Shown here: positions 22,035 to 31,591 of the stretch, one piece after another | Numbering within the stretch: the first letter of the stretch is position 1 | Layout of the letters: each line of letters starts with the position of its first letter | Source of the DNA: an uncultured Verrucomicrobiae bacterium | GTDB lineage: Bacteria; Verrucomicrobiota; Verrucomicrobiia; Limisphaerales; Palsa-1400 | DNA length: 64,000 nt | Assembly: GCA_963707025.1 (NCBI GenBank) | Contig: CAVPOM010000007.1 | Coordinates: 128,001 to 192,000 of the forward strand | Direction of reading: 5' to 3' | The notes under the pieces: generated by a model | What the model was told of the DNA's origin: nothing | Databases searched by the model: none | What the model saw: the letters and a program-made list of their open reading frames with translations, nothing else | Made by a program: the position numbers and the translations under genes

Positions 22035-23636
22035 ATGACTGTGTTGCCCATTGTTGGCCGGGAATTGGCGGTGGCTTCCAGGCGGGCCGGCACCTACTGG
22101 CTGCGCTTTTGGATGGCCGCGGGCGCGCTGGCGATTTTTTTTATTCCCTTCCTGGACCGCACGAATTCCATCACCGAGATGGGCCAGGTCATTTTCATTT
22201 TGCTGGGAAGCATGATGCTGGGCTTTTCCATGCTGGCGGGTGTCTTCCTCACCGCCGACAGTCTCTCGGTGGAGAAGCGGGAAGGAATCCTCGGCCTGCT
22301 TTTTCTGACCGATCTGAAGGGATACGATGTGGTGCTGGGGAAGCTGGCGGCCAATTCTCTGCACGCTCTTTTCGGACTGCTGGCGGTGTTTCCCGTGCTG
22401 GCGCTGCCGCTGCTGACGGGCGGCCTGAGCCTCGGGGAATTTTGGCGGACGATGCTGGTCTTCCTCGCCACGATGTATTATTCCCTGGGCATCGGGATGA
22501 TGGTCTCTGCCGCCAGCCGGGAAGGCAGGCAGGCGATGGCGGGAACCTTTGCCATCATCGCCTTGGTCGCGGGCGGCCTGCCGGTGTTGTGGCAGTTGCA
22601 ATTTTATTTTCTGCACCGTTGGTATCTGGATTTCCTGCTGTGGCCCGGCCCCGTGTATGCCTATGTCAAGGGGTTCGATGCGTCGTATTTGACACGGTAC
22701 GGCCGGCAGGAGTTTTGGGCGGCGATGGGGGCCCTCTTTGCGCTGGGGAGCGTCTGCCTTGTGGCGGCCAGCATCCTGCTGCCGCGCTCGTGGCAGAAAA
22801 GTGCCGGGGCTGACCCAAGCCGGCAACGCGCCCGCTTTCATATTTTTGCGGCGGCGCGGTGGCGGCGTCCGCCGTTGGGAGCCAAAAATCCGTTTCTCTG
22901 GCTGGCGCTGGGCGACCGCGCGGGCCAATCGGCGCTCAACCGGATGTTGATTCTGCTTGGCCTGCTCTGGTTGGTCGCTCTGGTCCTCAGCGCGGACCGA
23001 CCAGGGAGGTATTTTTCTCTTGCCGTGATGCTGGCCTTTGGGCTGCATTTCGCGGCCAAAGTCCTGATGGCCTCGGAAAGCGGACGGCGCTTCCACCAGG
23101 ACCGGCAAAGCGGCGCGCTGGAGTTGCTGTTGGCCACGCCGCTGGCGGTGGAAGACATTGTGAACGGACAGCGAGAGGCACTGCGGAGGCAATTCCAACG
23201 AGCGGTTTGGGCGCTTTCGCTGGTCAATGTTCTGACGCTTTTGTTTGCTTTCATCATGACAGCGTTTGCCGGCGGGATGCCTTCGGAAGAAGCTTCCATG
23301 TTCGTTGAAGTATTGCTTGGCAGCATCGTCGTGCTCTGGCTGGATGCCAGCGCGCTGAGTTGGCTGGGGATGTGGCGGGGCTTGACCGCCAAAAGATATC
23401 CCCGCTCCGTCCTGGCCACTTGGGGGCAGGTGATGGCGCCGCCGTGGCTGGCCTTCTTCCTTTTCATTTTTATTGGACCCATGTTGTCGGCCGGGTTGGA
23501 CCCTGGCGCGGTGGAGTTGTTCATCCTGCTCTGGTTTTGCGTGGGCGCGATGGTTGACCTCCTGAGCATCAACTGGGCCAGGGATAACTTGGTCAGATGC
23601 CTGCGCTCCACCGTGGCGGAAAGCTATGACCGGTAG
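22035..23636 (+). CDS. ABC-2 type permease-like membrane protein (two domains)
   Basis: LPIVGREL; ADSLSVEKREGILGLLFLTDL; DRQSGALELLLATPL; many TM segments. Confidence 0.75.
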   Translation: MTVLPIVGRELAVASRRAGTYWLRFWMAAGALAIFFIPFLDRTNSITEMGQVIFILLGSMMLGFSMLAGVFLTADSLSVEKREGILGLLFLTDLKGYDVVLGKLAANSLHALFGLLAVFPVLALPLLTGGLSLGEFWRTMLVFLATMYYSLGIGMMVSAASREGRQAMAGTFAIIALVAGGLPVLWQLQFYFLHRWYLDFLLWPGPVYAYVKGFDASYLTRYGRQEFWAAMGALFALGSVCLVAASILLPRSWQKSAGADPSRQRARFHIFAAARWRRPPLGAKNPFLWLALGDRAGQSALNRMLILLGLLWLVALVLSADRPGRYFSLAVMLAFGLHFAAKVLMASESGRRFHQDRQSGALELLLATPLAVEDIVNGQREALRRQFQRAVWALSLVNVLTLLFAFIMTAFAGGMPSEEASMFVEVLLGSIVVLWLDASALSWLGMWRGLTAKRYPRSVLATWGQVMAPPWLAFFLFIFIGPMLSAGLDPGAVELFILLWFCVGAMVDLLSINWARDNLVRCLRSTVAESYDR

Positions 23637-23649
23637 CCGTTCCCATCGT

Positions 23650-25341
23650 TTAATCCTTGGCCTTTGCGCCGCGCCATTGCGCCAGCATCGCTTCGGCGTG
23701 GCGGCGGGCGGCTTCGGTCGGGCCGCCGAGCATCCGTGCGATTTCACCCGGCCGCTGGGTGTCGTCCAGCAGGGCAATTTCCGAAAGGGTGCGTCCGCCC
23801 TCCACCCGCTTGGCCACGACAAAATGCGACGGCGCGGCCGCCGCCACCGCCGGCAGATGGGTGATGCAAATCACCTGGCGCCGCCGCGCGATGCGCCGCA
23901 TTTTCTCCCCGACCGCCGCCGCGGTTTCGCCGCCCACGTTGGCGTCAATTTCATCAAACACCAGCACCGGAATTTCGTCCTCCTCCGCCAGCGCCGTTTT
24001 CAGCGCCAGCATGACCCGCGACATTTCGCCCGACGAAGCAATGGCGCGCAGCGGGCGGGCCGGTTCGCCGGGATTGGGGGCGAATTGAAAATCAATCTCA
24101 TCCAGGCCGGAGACGGAACCGGCCGGGAGGGAATCAGTGGTCTTGACAGTAATGTCAAAGCGGCTCTGCTGAAAGCCCAGGTCGCGCAAGTGTTGCATGG
24201 CCGCCCTGGCCAGCCGGGGAACGGCCTGGCGCCGTTGCGCCGACAGCTCCTGTCCCACCTTCCAAAGTTCGCCCGCCAGCTTCTCCCGCTCCTGGTTGAT
24301 GCGCCCCAGTTCCGCCGCGCGCTGTTCGAGCTTTTGCAATTTCCGGCCCGCTTCCGCGCCGAAGGCCAGCACCTCCGCCAGGGTCCCGCCGTACTTGCGT
24401 TTGAGGGAATGGATCAAATTCAACCGCTCCTCCATTTGGCCAAGGCGCGCGGGGTCCAGCTCAATGGCGTCGGCATATCGTCTCAAGCCGGACTGCAAAT
24501 CGCGCCAGGCAGCGGCGGCCTGCTCGTGGGAAAGGAGCAGACTTTGCGCGCCGCCGTCAATGCGCTGGAGGGCCTGCAAGGTCCGCCCCAATTCCCCGGC
24601 CTGGACGAGGAGGCAGGAGTCCTGTTCACTCAAGACGTTCAGGGCGGCCTGGCACAACTCCAGCAGGCGGGCGGCGTTGCTGGCGCGCTGAAATTCCTGT
24701 TCCTGCCGCGCCTCTTCGCCGGCTTGCAAATGGGCGGCGGCAATTTCGCCGGCCTGAAAGCGGAGCAACTCCAATTGCTGGGCGTAGGCGCGCTCGTCCA
24801 CGATTAAGGCCGCCTTCTCCGCCTCCAGCGCGCGCGCCCGCCCGGCCAGGGCGGCGAACTTGCCGCGCAAGCCGCCCAACCCGGCAAAGGAGTCCAGGAT
24901 GTCCCGTTGCCGCGCCGGATCGAGGAGGGACTGATGGTCGTGCGGCCCGTGCATGTCCACCAAATCCCGGCCGAGGGCCGCCAGCACTTGCAGGGTGGCG
25001 GGCGAGCCGTTGATAAACTGGCGGTTGGCCCCGGCGGCGGTGAAGACGCGTTTGAGAATCAGTTCCCCCTCCGGGCACGGTTCCAGCCCGTTTTCCTCCA
25101 GAAATTGGTCCAGCCCAGGGCGGCGGGCCCGCGCCTCCAACACCGCCTCCACCGAGCAACTGTCACAGCCGCTGCGAATAAGGGTGCGATCGGCCCGCCC
25201 GCCGAGCAGGAGGTTGAGCGCGCCGATGATGATGGATTTGCCCGCGCCGGTTTCGCCGGTGATGGCGTTGTAACCCGGCCGCAAGGCCAGCGTGAGGTCG
25301 GTGACCAGCGCCAGATTCTTGATGCGCAATGTGCCTAACAC
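23650..25341 (-). CDS. recN: DNA repair protein RecN
   Basis: LRIKNLAL, ITGETGAGKS, ASSGEMSRVMLALK, VFDEIDANVGG, ITHLP. Confidence 0.97.
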   Translation of the reverse strand: MLGTLRIKNLALVTDLTLALRPGYNAITGETGAGKSIIIGALNLLLGGRADRTLIRSGCDSCSVEAVLEARARRPGLDQFLEENGLEPCPEGELILKRVFTAAGANRQFINGSPATLQVLAALGRDLVDMHGPHDHQSLLDPARQRDILDSFAGLGGLRGKFAALAGRARALEAEKAALIVDERAYAQQLELLRFQAGEIAAAHLQAGEEARQEQEFQRASNAARLLELCQAALNVLSEQDSCLLVQAGELGRTLQALQRIDGGAQSLLLSHEQAAAAWRDLQSGLRRYADAIELDPARLGQMEERLNLIHSLKRKYGGTLAEVLAFGAEAGRKLQKLEQRAAELGRINQEREKLAGELWKVGQELSAQRRQAVPRLARAAMQHLRDLGFQQSRFDITVKTTDSLPAGSVSGLDEIDFQFAPNPGEPARPLRAIASSGEMSRVMLALKTALAEEDEIPVLVFDEIDANVGGETAAAVGEKMRRIARRRQVICITHLPAVAAAAPSHFVVAKRVEGGRTLSEIALLDDTQRPGEIARMLGGPTEAARRHAEAMLAQWRGAKAKD

Positions 25342-25498
25342 GCCCGGCGAATTTAGGGTTCGAGGATGAAAGAGGAAAGCGCAAAGTAGCCCCGGGCGGG
25401 TGGGAGCGGGCCAATTCATGCAGACAATGTGGAGGAGCGGGGAGACTGGAGTGGTGGAGGGAGGGTGTGGTGGGCGACGCGTGATTGGATGGATGCAA

Positions 25499-25683
25499 CC
25501 CCTCACCCTAACCCTCTCCCCACTTCGTGGGGCGAGGAAATCGGCAAATCGCATGGTGGTGGTATCAAGCTGCGCCACTGGCCGAAGGGCGCGCGCTTTC
25601 GGGCGTGACGGCGGGGGGGTAGTGCCCTAATTTGTAGTGTCGAGCCTGTGGCTCGAAATCGGCGCACAGCGCCGACGCTACAA
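25499..25683. repeat. REP-like elements upstream of recN
   Basis: CCCCTCACCCTAACCCTCTCCCCAC..GTGGGGCGAGG hairpin; TGTAG..TCGAGC..GCTCGA..TCGGCGC..GCGCCGA..CTACA nested palindrome. Confidence 0.55.
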
Positions 25684-25750
25684 CAATGGAATTTGAACAC
25701 AACCCGCACGAGCGCGCCGGGGATGAAGATGGGCCGCCCTGAATGATGCC

Positions 25751-27199
25751 ATGAAAGACGAATATTTGCCGCCGGAATTGCTCGAGTTTGAACGGTTGTT
25801 GCACAGGCCGAACAACGACCCGACCGGCCTGGCGGGGTTTTTCAGCGCCGGCGAACTGTGGGTTTCGCGGGTGCCGGCGCGGCTGGATGTGATGGGCGGC
25901 ATTGCCGATTACTCCGGGGCCAACGTCTGCGAAGCGGTGCTGGGGCGCGGGATTCTCATGGCCCTGCAGCCGCGCAATGACCGGACCTTGCGCATCCGCA
26001 CCCTGCAGGCCGGCCAGCGCAACCTGCCGGTGGAGACGCGCATCCCGCTGGATTATTTTGCCGCCGGCGACAGCCTGGCGGAGTACGCCGACGTGCGCGC
26101 CTTGTGCCGGGTCAATCCGCTGGTGAACTGGGCGGCTTACATCGGCGGGAGTATTTTCACTTTGCTCAAGGAGGAACCGGTCCAGCTCCCCTTTGGCTTC
26201 AGCATGCTGCTGTTGAGCGCGGTGCCCATGAACGTGGGCATCGGCAGTTCGGCGGCGGTGGAGATTGGCGCCTTGAGCTGCCTGAATGCCTACCTGGGCA
26301 TCCAGCTTGACCCGGCTCGCATGGCGCGCCTGGGACAGATGGCGGAGAACCATGTGGTCGGCGCGCCTTGCGGCATCATGGATCAAATCTCGGTGACCAG
26401 CGGGCGGGAAGGCCGGCTCACCCACATTCTGTGCCGGCCCGGCGCGGTCATGGGGGAGGTGGAGATTCCGCCCGGCACGGGCTTCGTCGGCATCAACTCC
26501 ATGGTGCGGCGCTCAGTGGCGGGCAATCCTTACGGAGACGCCCGCATCGGCGCGTTCATGGGCAAGAGAATTATTAACGACCTCCGCGCCGACCGGGGCG
26601 GGGAGGCGCTGGATTATCTGACTGAACTGCCGCTGGGGGAATTCCAGGCGCAATTCGCCAAGGAGATTCCCCCCCAGATGATTGGCTCGCAATTTCTGGC
26701 CCGCCACAAAACGCACGACGACCCGGTGACTAAAATCCAGCCCGACGCCAGCTATCGCGTCGCCGGCCCGACCCGGCATGCCATCGAGGAGAACGAGCGG
26801 GTGCTGCGGTTCATGGACTGCCTGCGCGCCGCCAAGGCCGGCGAAAAACATGCTTTGGAGACCGCCGGCGAATGTATGTTCGCCGCCCACGACAGCTACC
26901 GCGACAATTGCCAGCTCTCGATCGGGGAGGTGGATTTCCTGGTGGACGCCGTGAGGAAGAGGGGAGCCAAAGCCGGGCTGTTCGGCGCGAAAATCACGGG
27001 CGGCGGCACCGGCGGCACGGTGGCGGTGTTTGGGCGATTGGAGGCCTTGCGGGAGCACATCCTGCTGATTGCCACCGAGTATTCGCGCCGCGTGGGGGTG
27101 ATGCCGGACATTTTCGAGGGCACCTCGCCGGGAGCGGTGGAGTTTGGAGCCCGGCGTTATCTGTTCAACGCCGCGGGGTGGCGCAGATTCATGGCGTGA
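25751..27199 (+). CDS. GHMP-family sugar-1-kinase resembling the plant L-arabinokinase kinase domain
   Basis: PARLDVMGGIADYSG, VPMNVGIGSSAA, ENHVVGAPCGIMDQ, GAKITGGGTGG. Confidence 0.8.
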   Translation: MKDEYLPPELLEFERLLHRPNNDPTGLAGFFSAGELWVSRVPARLDVMGGIADYSGANVCEAVLGRGILMALQPRNDRTLRIRTLQAGQRNLPVETRIPLDYFAAGDSLAEYADVRALCRVNPLVNWAAYIGGSIFTLLKEEPVQLPFGFSMLLLSAVPMNVGIGSSAAVEIGALSCLNAYLGIQLDPARMARLGQMAENHVVGAPCGIMDQISVTSGREGRLTHILCRPGAVMGEVEIPPGTGFVGINSMVRRSVAGNPYGDARIGAFMGKRIINDLRADRGGEALDYLTELPLGEFQAQFAKEIPPQMIGSQFLARHKTHDDPVTKIQPDASYRVAGPTRHAIEENERVLRFMDCLRAAKAGEKHALETAGECMFAAHDSYRDNCQLSIGEVDFLVDAVRKRGAKAGLFGAKITGGGTGGTVAVFGRLEALREHILLIATEYSRRVGVMPDIFEGTSPGAVEFGARRYLFNAAGWRRFMA

Positions 27200-27211
27200 G
27201 GCACTCCCGTT

Positions 27212-28111
27212 ATGGCGGACCACCCCCTTGTGCGCAAAGCGGTCATTCCCGTGGCGGGCCTGGGGACGCGGCATTTTCCGGCGTCGCATGCAGTCAAGAA
27301 GGAATTGTTTCCCATCGTGGGGGCGGACGGAATCGCACGCGGCTTGATTCATTATCACCTGCTCGAACTGGCGGAGGCGGGCATCGAGGAGATTTGCCTT
27401 ATCGTCCAGCCGGGCGAGGAGGCGGTGATCCGCGCCTATTTGCAGGGGCCGGGCGGGGACTACCTCCGGCGTTTGGAAAAATATCCCGCGCTGCTGCGGG
27501 AAGCGGGCCGGATGCGCGGCCTGGCCAAAGGAATTCATTTTGCCGCGCAGCGCGAGCAGGAAGGCTACGGTCATGCGGTTTTTCAGAGCCGGGAGTTCGC
27601 CGCGGGTGAAATGGTGTTGCTCTGCCTGGGCGATCATTTGTTCCGCGGCAAACCGGTTTCGCCTTACCGCCAACTGGCGCAAATGGCCGGGGCCGGGCAG
27701 GGCCGCAGCATTTCCGCCGTGAACCGCATTGCGGAGGGCGAATTGCAAGGCTACGGCACCATCGCCGGGACGCGCCGCGCGGAAAATCCGCGATTGATTG
27801 ACGTCTCGCGCATCGTCGAAAAACCCGATCCCGCCCTGGCGCGCGCCCAACTGCGCGTCAATGATCTGCCGGAGGGGACCTGGCTGGGCTGGTTTGGGAT
27901 GCACCTGCTCGCCCCCTCCATTTACGAGGTGCTGGCGGAAATGATCCGCGACAATGTGCGCGACGGCGGCGAATTCCAACTCACCCGCGCCCAGGAAATC
28001 CAGCGCCAGCGGGAGGGGTATTTGGCGCTGGAAATGACGGAGGCGGAGCGGTTTGATTTCGGCACGCCGGATGATTTCGTGCGCAGCGTGGCGGCCTTCC
28101 GGCGGGCGTGA
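27212..28111 (+). CDS. Sugar-1-phosphate nucleotidyltransferase (GalU-like)
   Basis: KAVIPVAGLGTR..PA..AVKKELFPI, QEGYGHAV, LGD, IVEKP, GEFQLT. Confidence 0.85.
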   Translation: MADHPLVRKAVIPVAGLGTRHFPASHAVKKELFPIVGADGIARGLIHYHLLELAEAGIEEICLIVQPGEEAVIRAYLQGPGGDYLRRLEKYPALLREAGRMRGLAKGIHFAAQREQEGYGHAVFQSREFAAGEMVLLCLGDHLFRGKPVSPYRQLAQMAGAGQGRSISAVNRIAEGELQGYGTIAGTRRAENPRLIDVSRIVEKPDPALARAQLRVNDLPEGTWLGWFGMHLLAPSIYEVLAEMIRDNVRDGGEFQLTRAQEIQRQREGYLALEMTEAERFDFGTPDDFVRSVAAFRRA

Positions 28112-28173
28112 AGACTGACCCGTGACCGCCCCCCGGGCTTGATTGGATGCACCATCAATAGTATTATTTTGCC

Positions 28174-28401
28174 ATGAGCGCGAATGAACTATTGGAAAGG
28201 GTGAAAACCTTGCCTCCGCGTGAACGCCGGAGATTTTTTGACGGTGTCCACGCACTGGAGGGAGCGATTTGCCCCCAGCCAGCGCCTCAATCCAAGCGCC
28301 GGGTTCGTTGGCCGGATGCCGCGGCGCGGCGGCGCAAAATTGTGGGCGATAAAGTGGTGCCTAATCTGGTCCTGCTGGCGAGGGAGCAGGAGCGTTACTG
28401 A
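28174..28401 (+). CDS. Putative antitoxin
   Basis: Small ORF directly before a PIN gene; TTGATT-17-TATTAT promoter 6 nt before the ATG. Confidence 0.65.
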   Translation: MSANELLERVKTLPPRERRRFFDGVHALEGAICPQPAPQSKRRVRWPDAAARRRKIVGDKVVPNLVLLAREQERY

Positions 28402-28407
28402 GGGCGC

Positions 28408-28842
28408 ATGAGCCTCTACGCGGACACCAGTCTGCTCATTTCGTATTACATCAGCGATGCCAACAGCACTCGCGCCCAGGGTCTCATTCATGCGATGACC
28501 GGCCCTTTGGCGTTTACCGGTTTGCACCGCTTGGAAATGCGGAGCGCGCTGACGTTGGGTGTTTTTCGGCACATCCTGACGCCGGCCCAAATCAGCGCTG
28601 CCTGGTCCGATGTTGAACGCGATTTGCGAGCCGGGCGCTTGTTTCCTCAACCCATCAATTGGATGCCGGTTTTTCGAGGAGCGGCGCAATGGGCTGCCCT
28701 TCACGGAACGACCGTCGGCTGCCGCAGCCTCGATGTTCTGCATGTGGCCACCGCCAAAAAGCTCAACGCCGCGGAGTTCTTCACGTTCGACAATCGGCAG
28801 AAAGCATTGGCGCTCCTGCTCGGTTTGACTGTGAAACCATAA
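28408..28842 (+). CDS. vapC: PIN-domain toxin (VapC family)
   Basis: YADTSLL, RSLDVLHVATA, FFTFDNRQ. Confidence 0.9.
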   Translation: MSLYADTSLLISYYISDANSTRAQGLIHAMTGPLAFTGLHRLEMRSALTLGVFRHILTPAQISAAWSDVERDLRAGRLFPQPINWMPVFRGAAQWAALHGTTVGCRSLDVLHVATAKKLNAAEFFTFDNRQKALALLLGLTVKP

Positions 28843-28862
28843 AGATTGCCGGCGGAGTTGGC

Positions 28863-30240
28863 CTAAACTTCCACGCTTAATCCCGGCTGGGGCTGGATGA
28901 TTTTGATTTTTGGGTAGCGGTCGCGGATTTGGTCCTCCACCCATTGGCGGGCGCTGGCGCTGCCGTGGCCCAACAAAACCGTGCGCGGCGAAACCACGCC
29001 CACAAAATCCACCAGCGACTCGCGGCTGGCATGGGCGGTCAAATCAAAGTCTTCCAGCACACAATGGCGCGTCAATTCGCCGCCACTGGCGCTGAACAGG
29101 AAGGGCACGCCGGGCTGGGAGGCTTTGAGCCGGCCGCCAGGCGTGTCCGGGTCGGCGTAGCCGACGAAGAAGATGGCCTGCTTTTCCTGGCCGGCCATGC
29201 GGATGGCCAGATCGTGGGCGGGGGTGCCCTCGGTCATCATGCCCGCCGTGAGGACAAAGATGCGGCCGCCGGTGAGCTTCATGTTCAACAGTTGCTCGCG
29301 TTCCAGGACGATGAGTTGGAGGGCCTCCAACAATTGCAAATCGGGGTGGCCGCGATTGGCCAGGTGCGCCTTCAAATCGTAGGTTTCGGTGAAAACGCGG
29401 CCCAAGCCGCCGATATAGATGTGCTGGCGCCGCAGTTTGTGGGCGGCCATCATCAGGGCCAGTTGGGCCAGGATTTCCTGGGTGCGGCCCAAAGCGAAGG
29501 TGGGCAGCAGAATGCAACCGCCGGTGGCCAGGACCCGCTCCATGGACCGGGCCAGGCGTTCCGCCTCGGCCTCGCGGGTGAAGCCGGGCGGGGTGGCGCG
29601 TTCGCCCCGGGTGGTTTCCATGATGAGGACATCGGCCCGGATGTCGGAAAAACGGGCGGCTTTGAGGATGGTTTGGTCGTGGAAACAAACGTCGCCGGTA
29701 TAAAAAAGCGTTTGGGATTTTCCCCGGACCAGGATGCCGGCGGAGCCCAGGGCGTGGCCGGCGTCGTGAAATTCCAGGGTGGGAGGGGGCAGTCCGGCGC
29801 GGGCTTTGGCGTGGGAGTTCCATTCGATTTGGCGGTTGTAGCGAAAGCCCTGAAATTGCGGCTCCAGTTCCTCCAGTTCCTGGTGGGTGTAAAAGGGATA
29901 GTCCCGGACGCCGTTTTCGTCGCGCTGGCGGATCATGACGTTGACGGAATTATGCAGGACGCGGCCGATGAGGAAGTAGCTCAACTCGGTCATGAGGATG
30001 TGGGCCTTGGGGAAATGGCGCATCGCCACTGGCAGGGAGCCAACGTGATCGTGGTGACAATGGCTCAGGGCGATGGCATCCAGGTCTTCCTTGGCAACGG
30101 CCGAATAAAGCGGGAGGCTGGCGCGGCCTTCGCGTTTGGGATGCAGCCCCGGCGTCCATGAGAAGGCGGTTGCCGTCCATCTCCACCCACCAGGCGCTGG
30201 CGCCAATGTCGGTGTCGGGATTGAGATTAACAATGCGCAT
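28863..30240 (-). CDS. Metallo-beta-lactamase / beta-CASP ribonuclease (CPSF3/Ysh1-like; frameshift near 30150)
   Basis: IGASAW..LLMDAG, SHCHHDHVG, AGHALGS, YTGD, METT, FALGRTQE, TAHA, LGHG. Confidence 0.85.
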
Positions 30241-30348
30241 GGGGGGCGGCCGCGGCCAGGACGGGGGTGGCAAACCAGCGCCGGAACGCCGGAAAAGGGG
30301 GGCTGAAAGAAAATTTGAACATTTGCATGACCTGGCGCGTCAATAGTT

Positions 30349-30472
30349 ATGAGTTCCGAAACTGGAACTGGGCGGGTTTTTGGTTTTCCCATCCAGGTAT
30401 CCCTTCGGACTCATGGGTTGGTTAGTTTGGTTGTTGGGAGGGCGGATGCTGCAATGGCGTCCGCCCTTTTTT
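30349..30472 (+). ncRNA. Candidate structured small RNA ending in an intrinsic terminator
   Basis: ATGAGTTCCGAA pairs with TTCGGACTCAT; inner CTGGAACTGGG pairs with CCCATCCAG; GU-rich linker; terminator hairpin plus T run. Confidence 0.5.
30439..30472 (+). terminator. Rho-independent terminator
   Basis: AGGGCGGATGC-tgcaatg-GCGTCCGCCCT followed by TTTTT. Confidence 0.75.
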
Positions 30473-30586
30473 ATTGGTCCGGCGGTGTTTTCTCCCGGAG
30501 GCGAGGCGTTTTCGGTCATCATGGGGCGGAAATGTATAGGGGGCCGGAGAGGTTTCTCCAAGAAAAATGAATTCGCCTGGCGCCGG

Positions 30587-31588
30587 TCATGGGCCTCCGG
30601 GGCGAGCCTGGGCGACGGGAGCAGTATCGTGAGGCTGGTGAGGCGGCGGTTGGAGCAAGGCCCAATAGCGCAGGCCGCGGGTGCTGATCTGCAACCGGGC
30701 AAAGCCAAACCGCTCCATAATGGCTTCGTAAATGGCCATGCCGGTCAGGATCACATCGGCCCGGTCGGGCGGCAGTCCGGCTGTTTTCCGGCGGCTGGCC
30801 AGCGGCAGTTGCCATTGGGCTTCCAGGAGCGCGCGCAGGCGCGCCGCGGGCAGGACGGTGGCTTCGATCTGCGCCCTGTTAAAATCCTCCGCCCCGGCCT
30901 CCATGCGGGCCAGGATGGAGGCCGTGCCGCTGGTGCCGACTAACTGCACCTGGCCGCGGCATTGGCGCAGGGCGGGTTGGAGCGCCGGGACGACCTGCTG
31001 GTCCAGGAATTCCCGCAAAACGGCGCGGCAGCGGCCCAGCGCCTCCAGTCCCGGCGGATCGCCCGGCTGCAGTTGCTCCAGCAAACGCACCGTGCCCAGC
31101 GCATAACTGCGGCAGAACCGGGGAACGGCGTTTTCACCCACGATGAATTCGGTGCTGCCGCCGCCCACATCGAGCACCAGCGCCGGCAGGCGGGCCAGTT
31201 TTGGATCGCTGGCCACGCCGCGGAAGACCCATTCGGCTTCCTCCTCCCCGGACAGAATCTCCATGGGCAAACCGGATTCCTGACGGATGGCGGCGACCAG
31301 TTGGGCGGCATTGAGGGCGTCGCGGGCCGCGCTGGTGCCGATGATGCGGACGGTGCCGGCCCCCAATTGCGCGGCCTTGGCGGCATACTTGGCGGCGGCG
31401 GCGGCGGTTTCGGCGATGGCGGCCTGGCGCAGTTGCCGGGTGCCGTAGAAACCGGCGCCCAGGCGGGTCTGATTGCTCTGTTCCAAAACCGGCGTGATGA
31501 GCGGGCCGGCCACGCCGGCCACGAGCAATTTGACCGAGTTGGTGCCAACGTCAATGACGGCCCGGCGTTGCGGAGGTTGGCTTTGCAT
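30587..31588 (-). CDS. ppx: Ppx/GppA exopolyphosphatase (short form)
   Basis: AVIDVGTNSVKL, TRLGAG, TSAARDA, GEEEA, DVGGGSTE, GTSGT, RADVI. Confidence 0.92.
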   Translation of the reverse strand: MQSQPPQRRAVIDVGTNSVKLLVAGVAGPLITPVLEQSNQTRLGAGFYGTRQLRQAAIAETAAAAAKYAAKAAQLGAGTVRIIGTSAARDALNAAQLVAAIRQESGLPMEILSGEEEAEWVFRGVASDPKLARLPALVLDVGGGSTEFIVGENAVPRFCRSYALGTVRLLEQLQPGDPPGLEALGRCRAVLREFLDQQVVPALQPALRQCRGQVQLVGTSGTASILARMEAGAEDFNRAQIEATVLPAARLRALLEAQWQLPLASRRKTAGLPPDRADVILTGMAIYEAIMERFGFARLQISTRGLRYWALLQPPPHQPHDTAPVAQARPGGP

Positions 31589-31591
31589 CCG

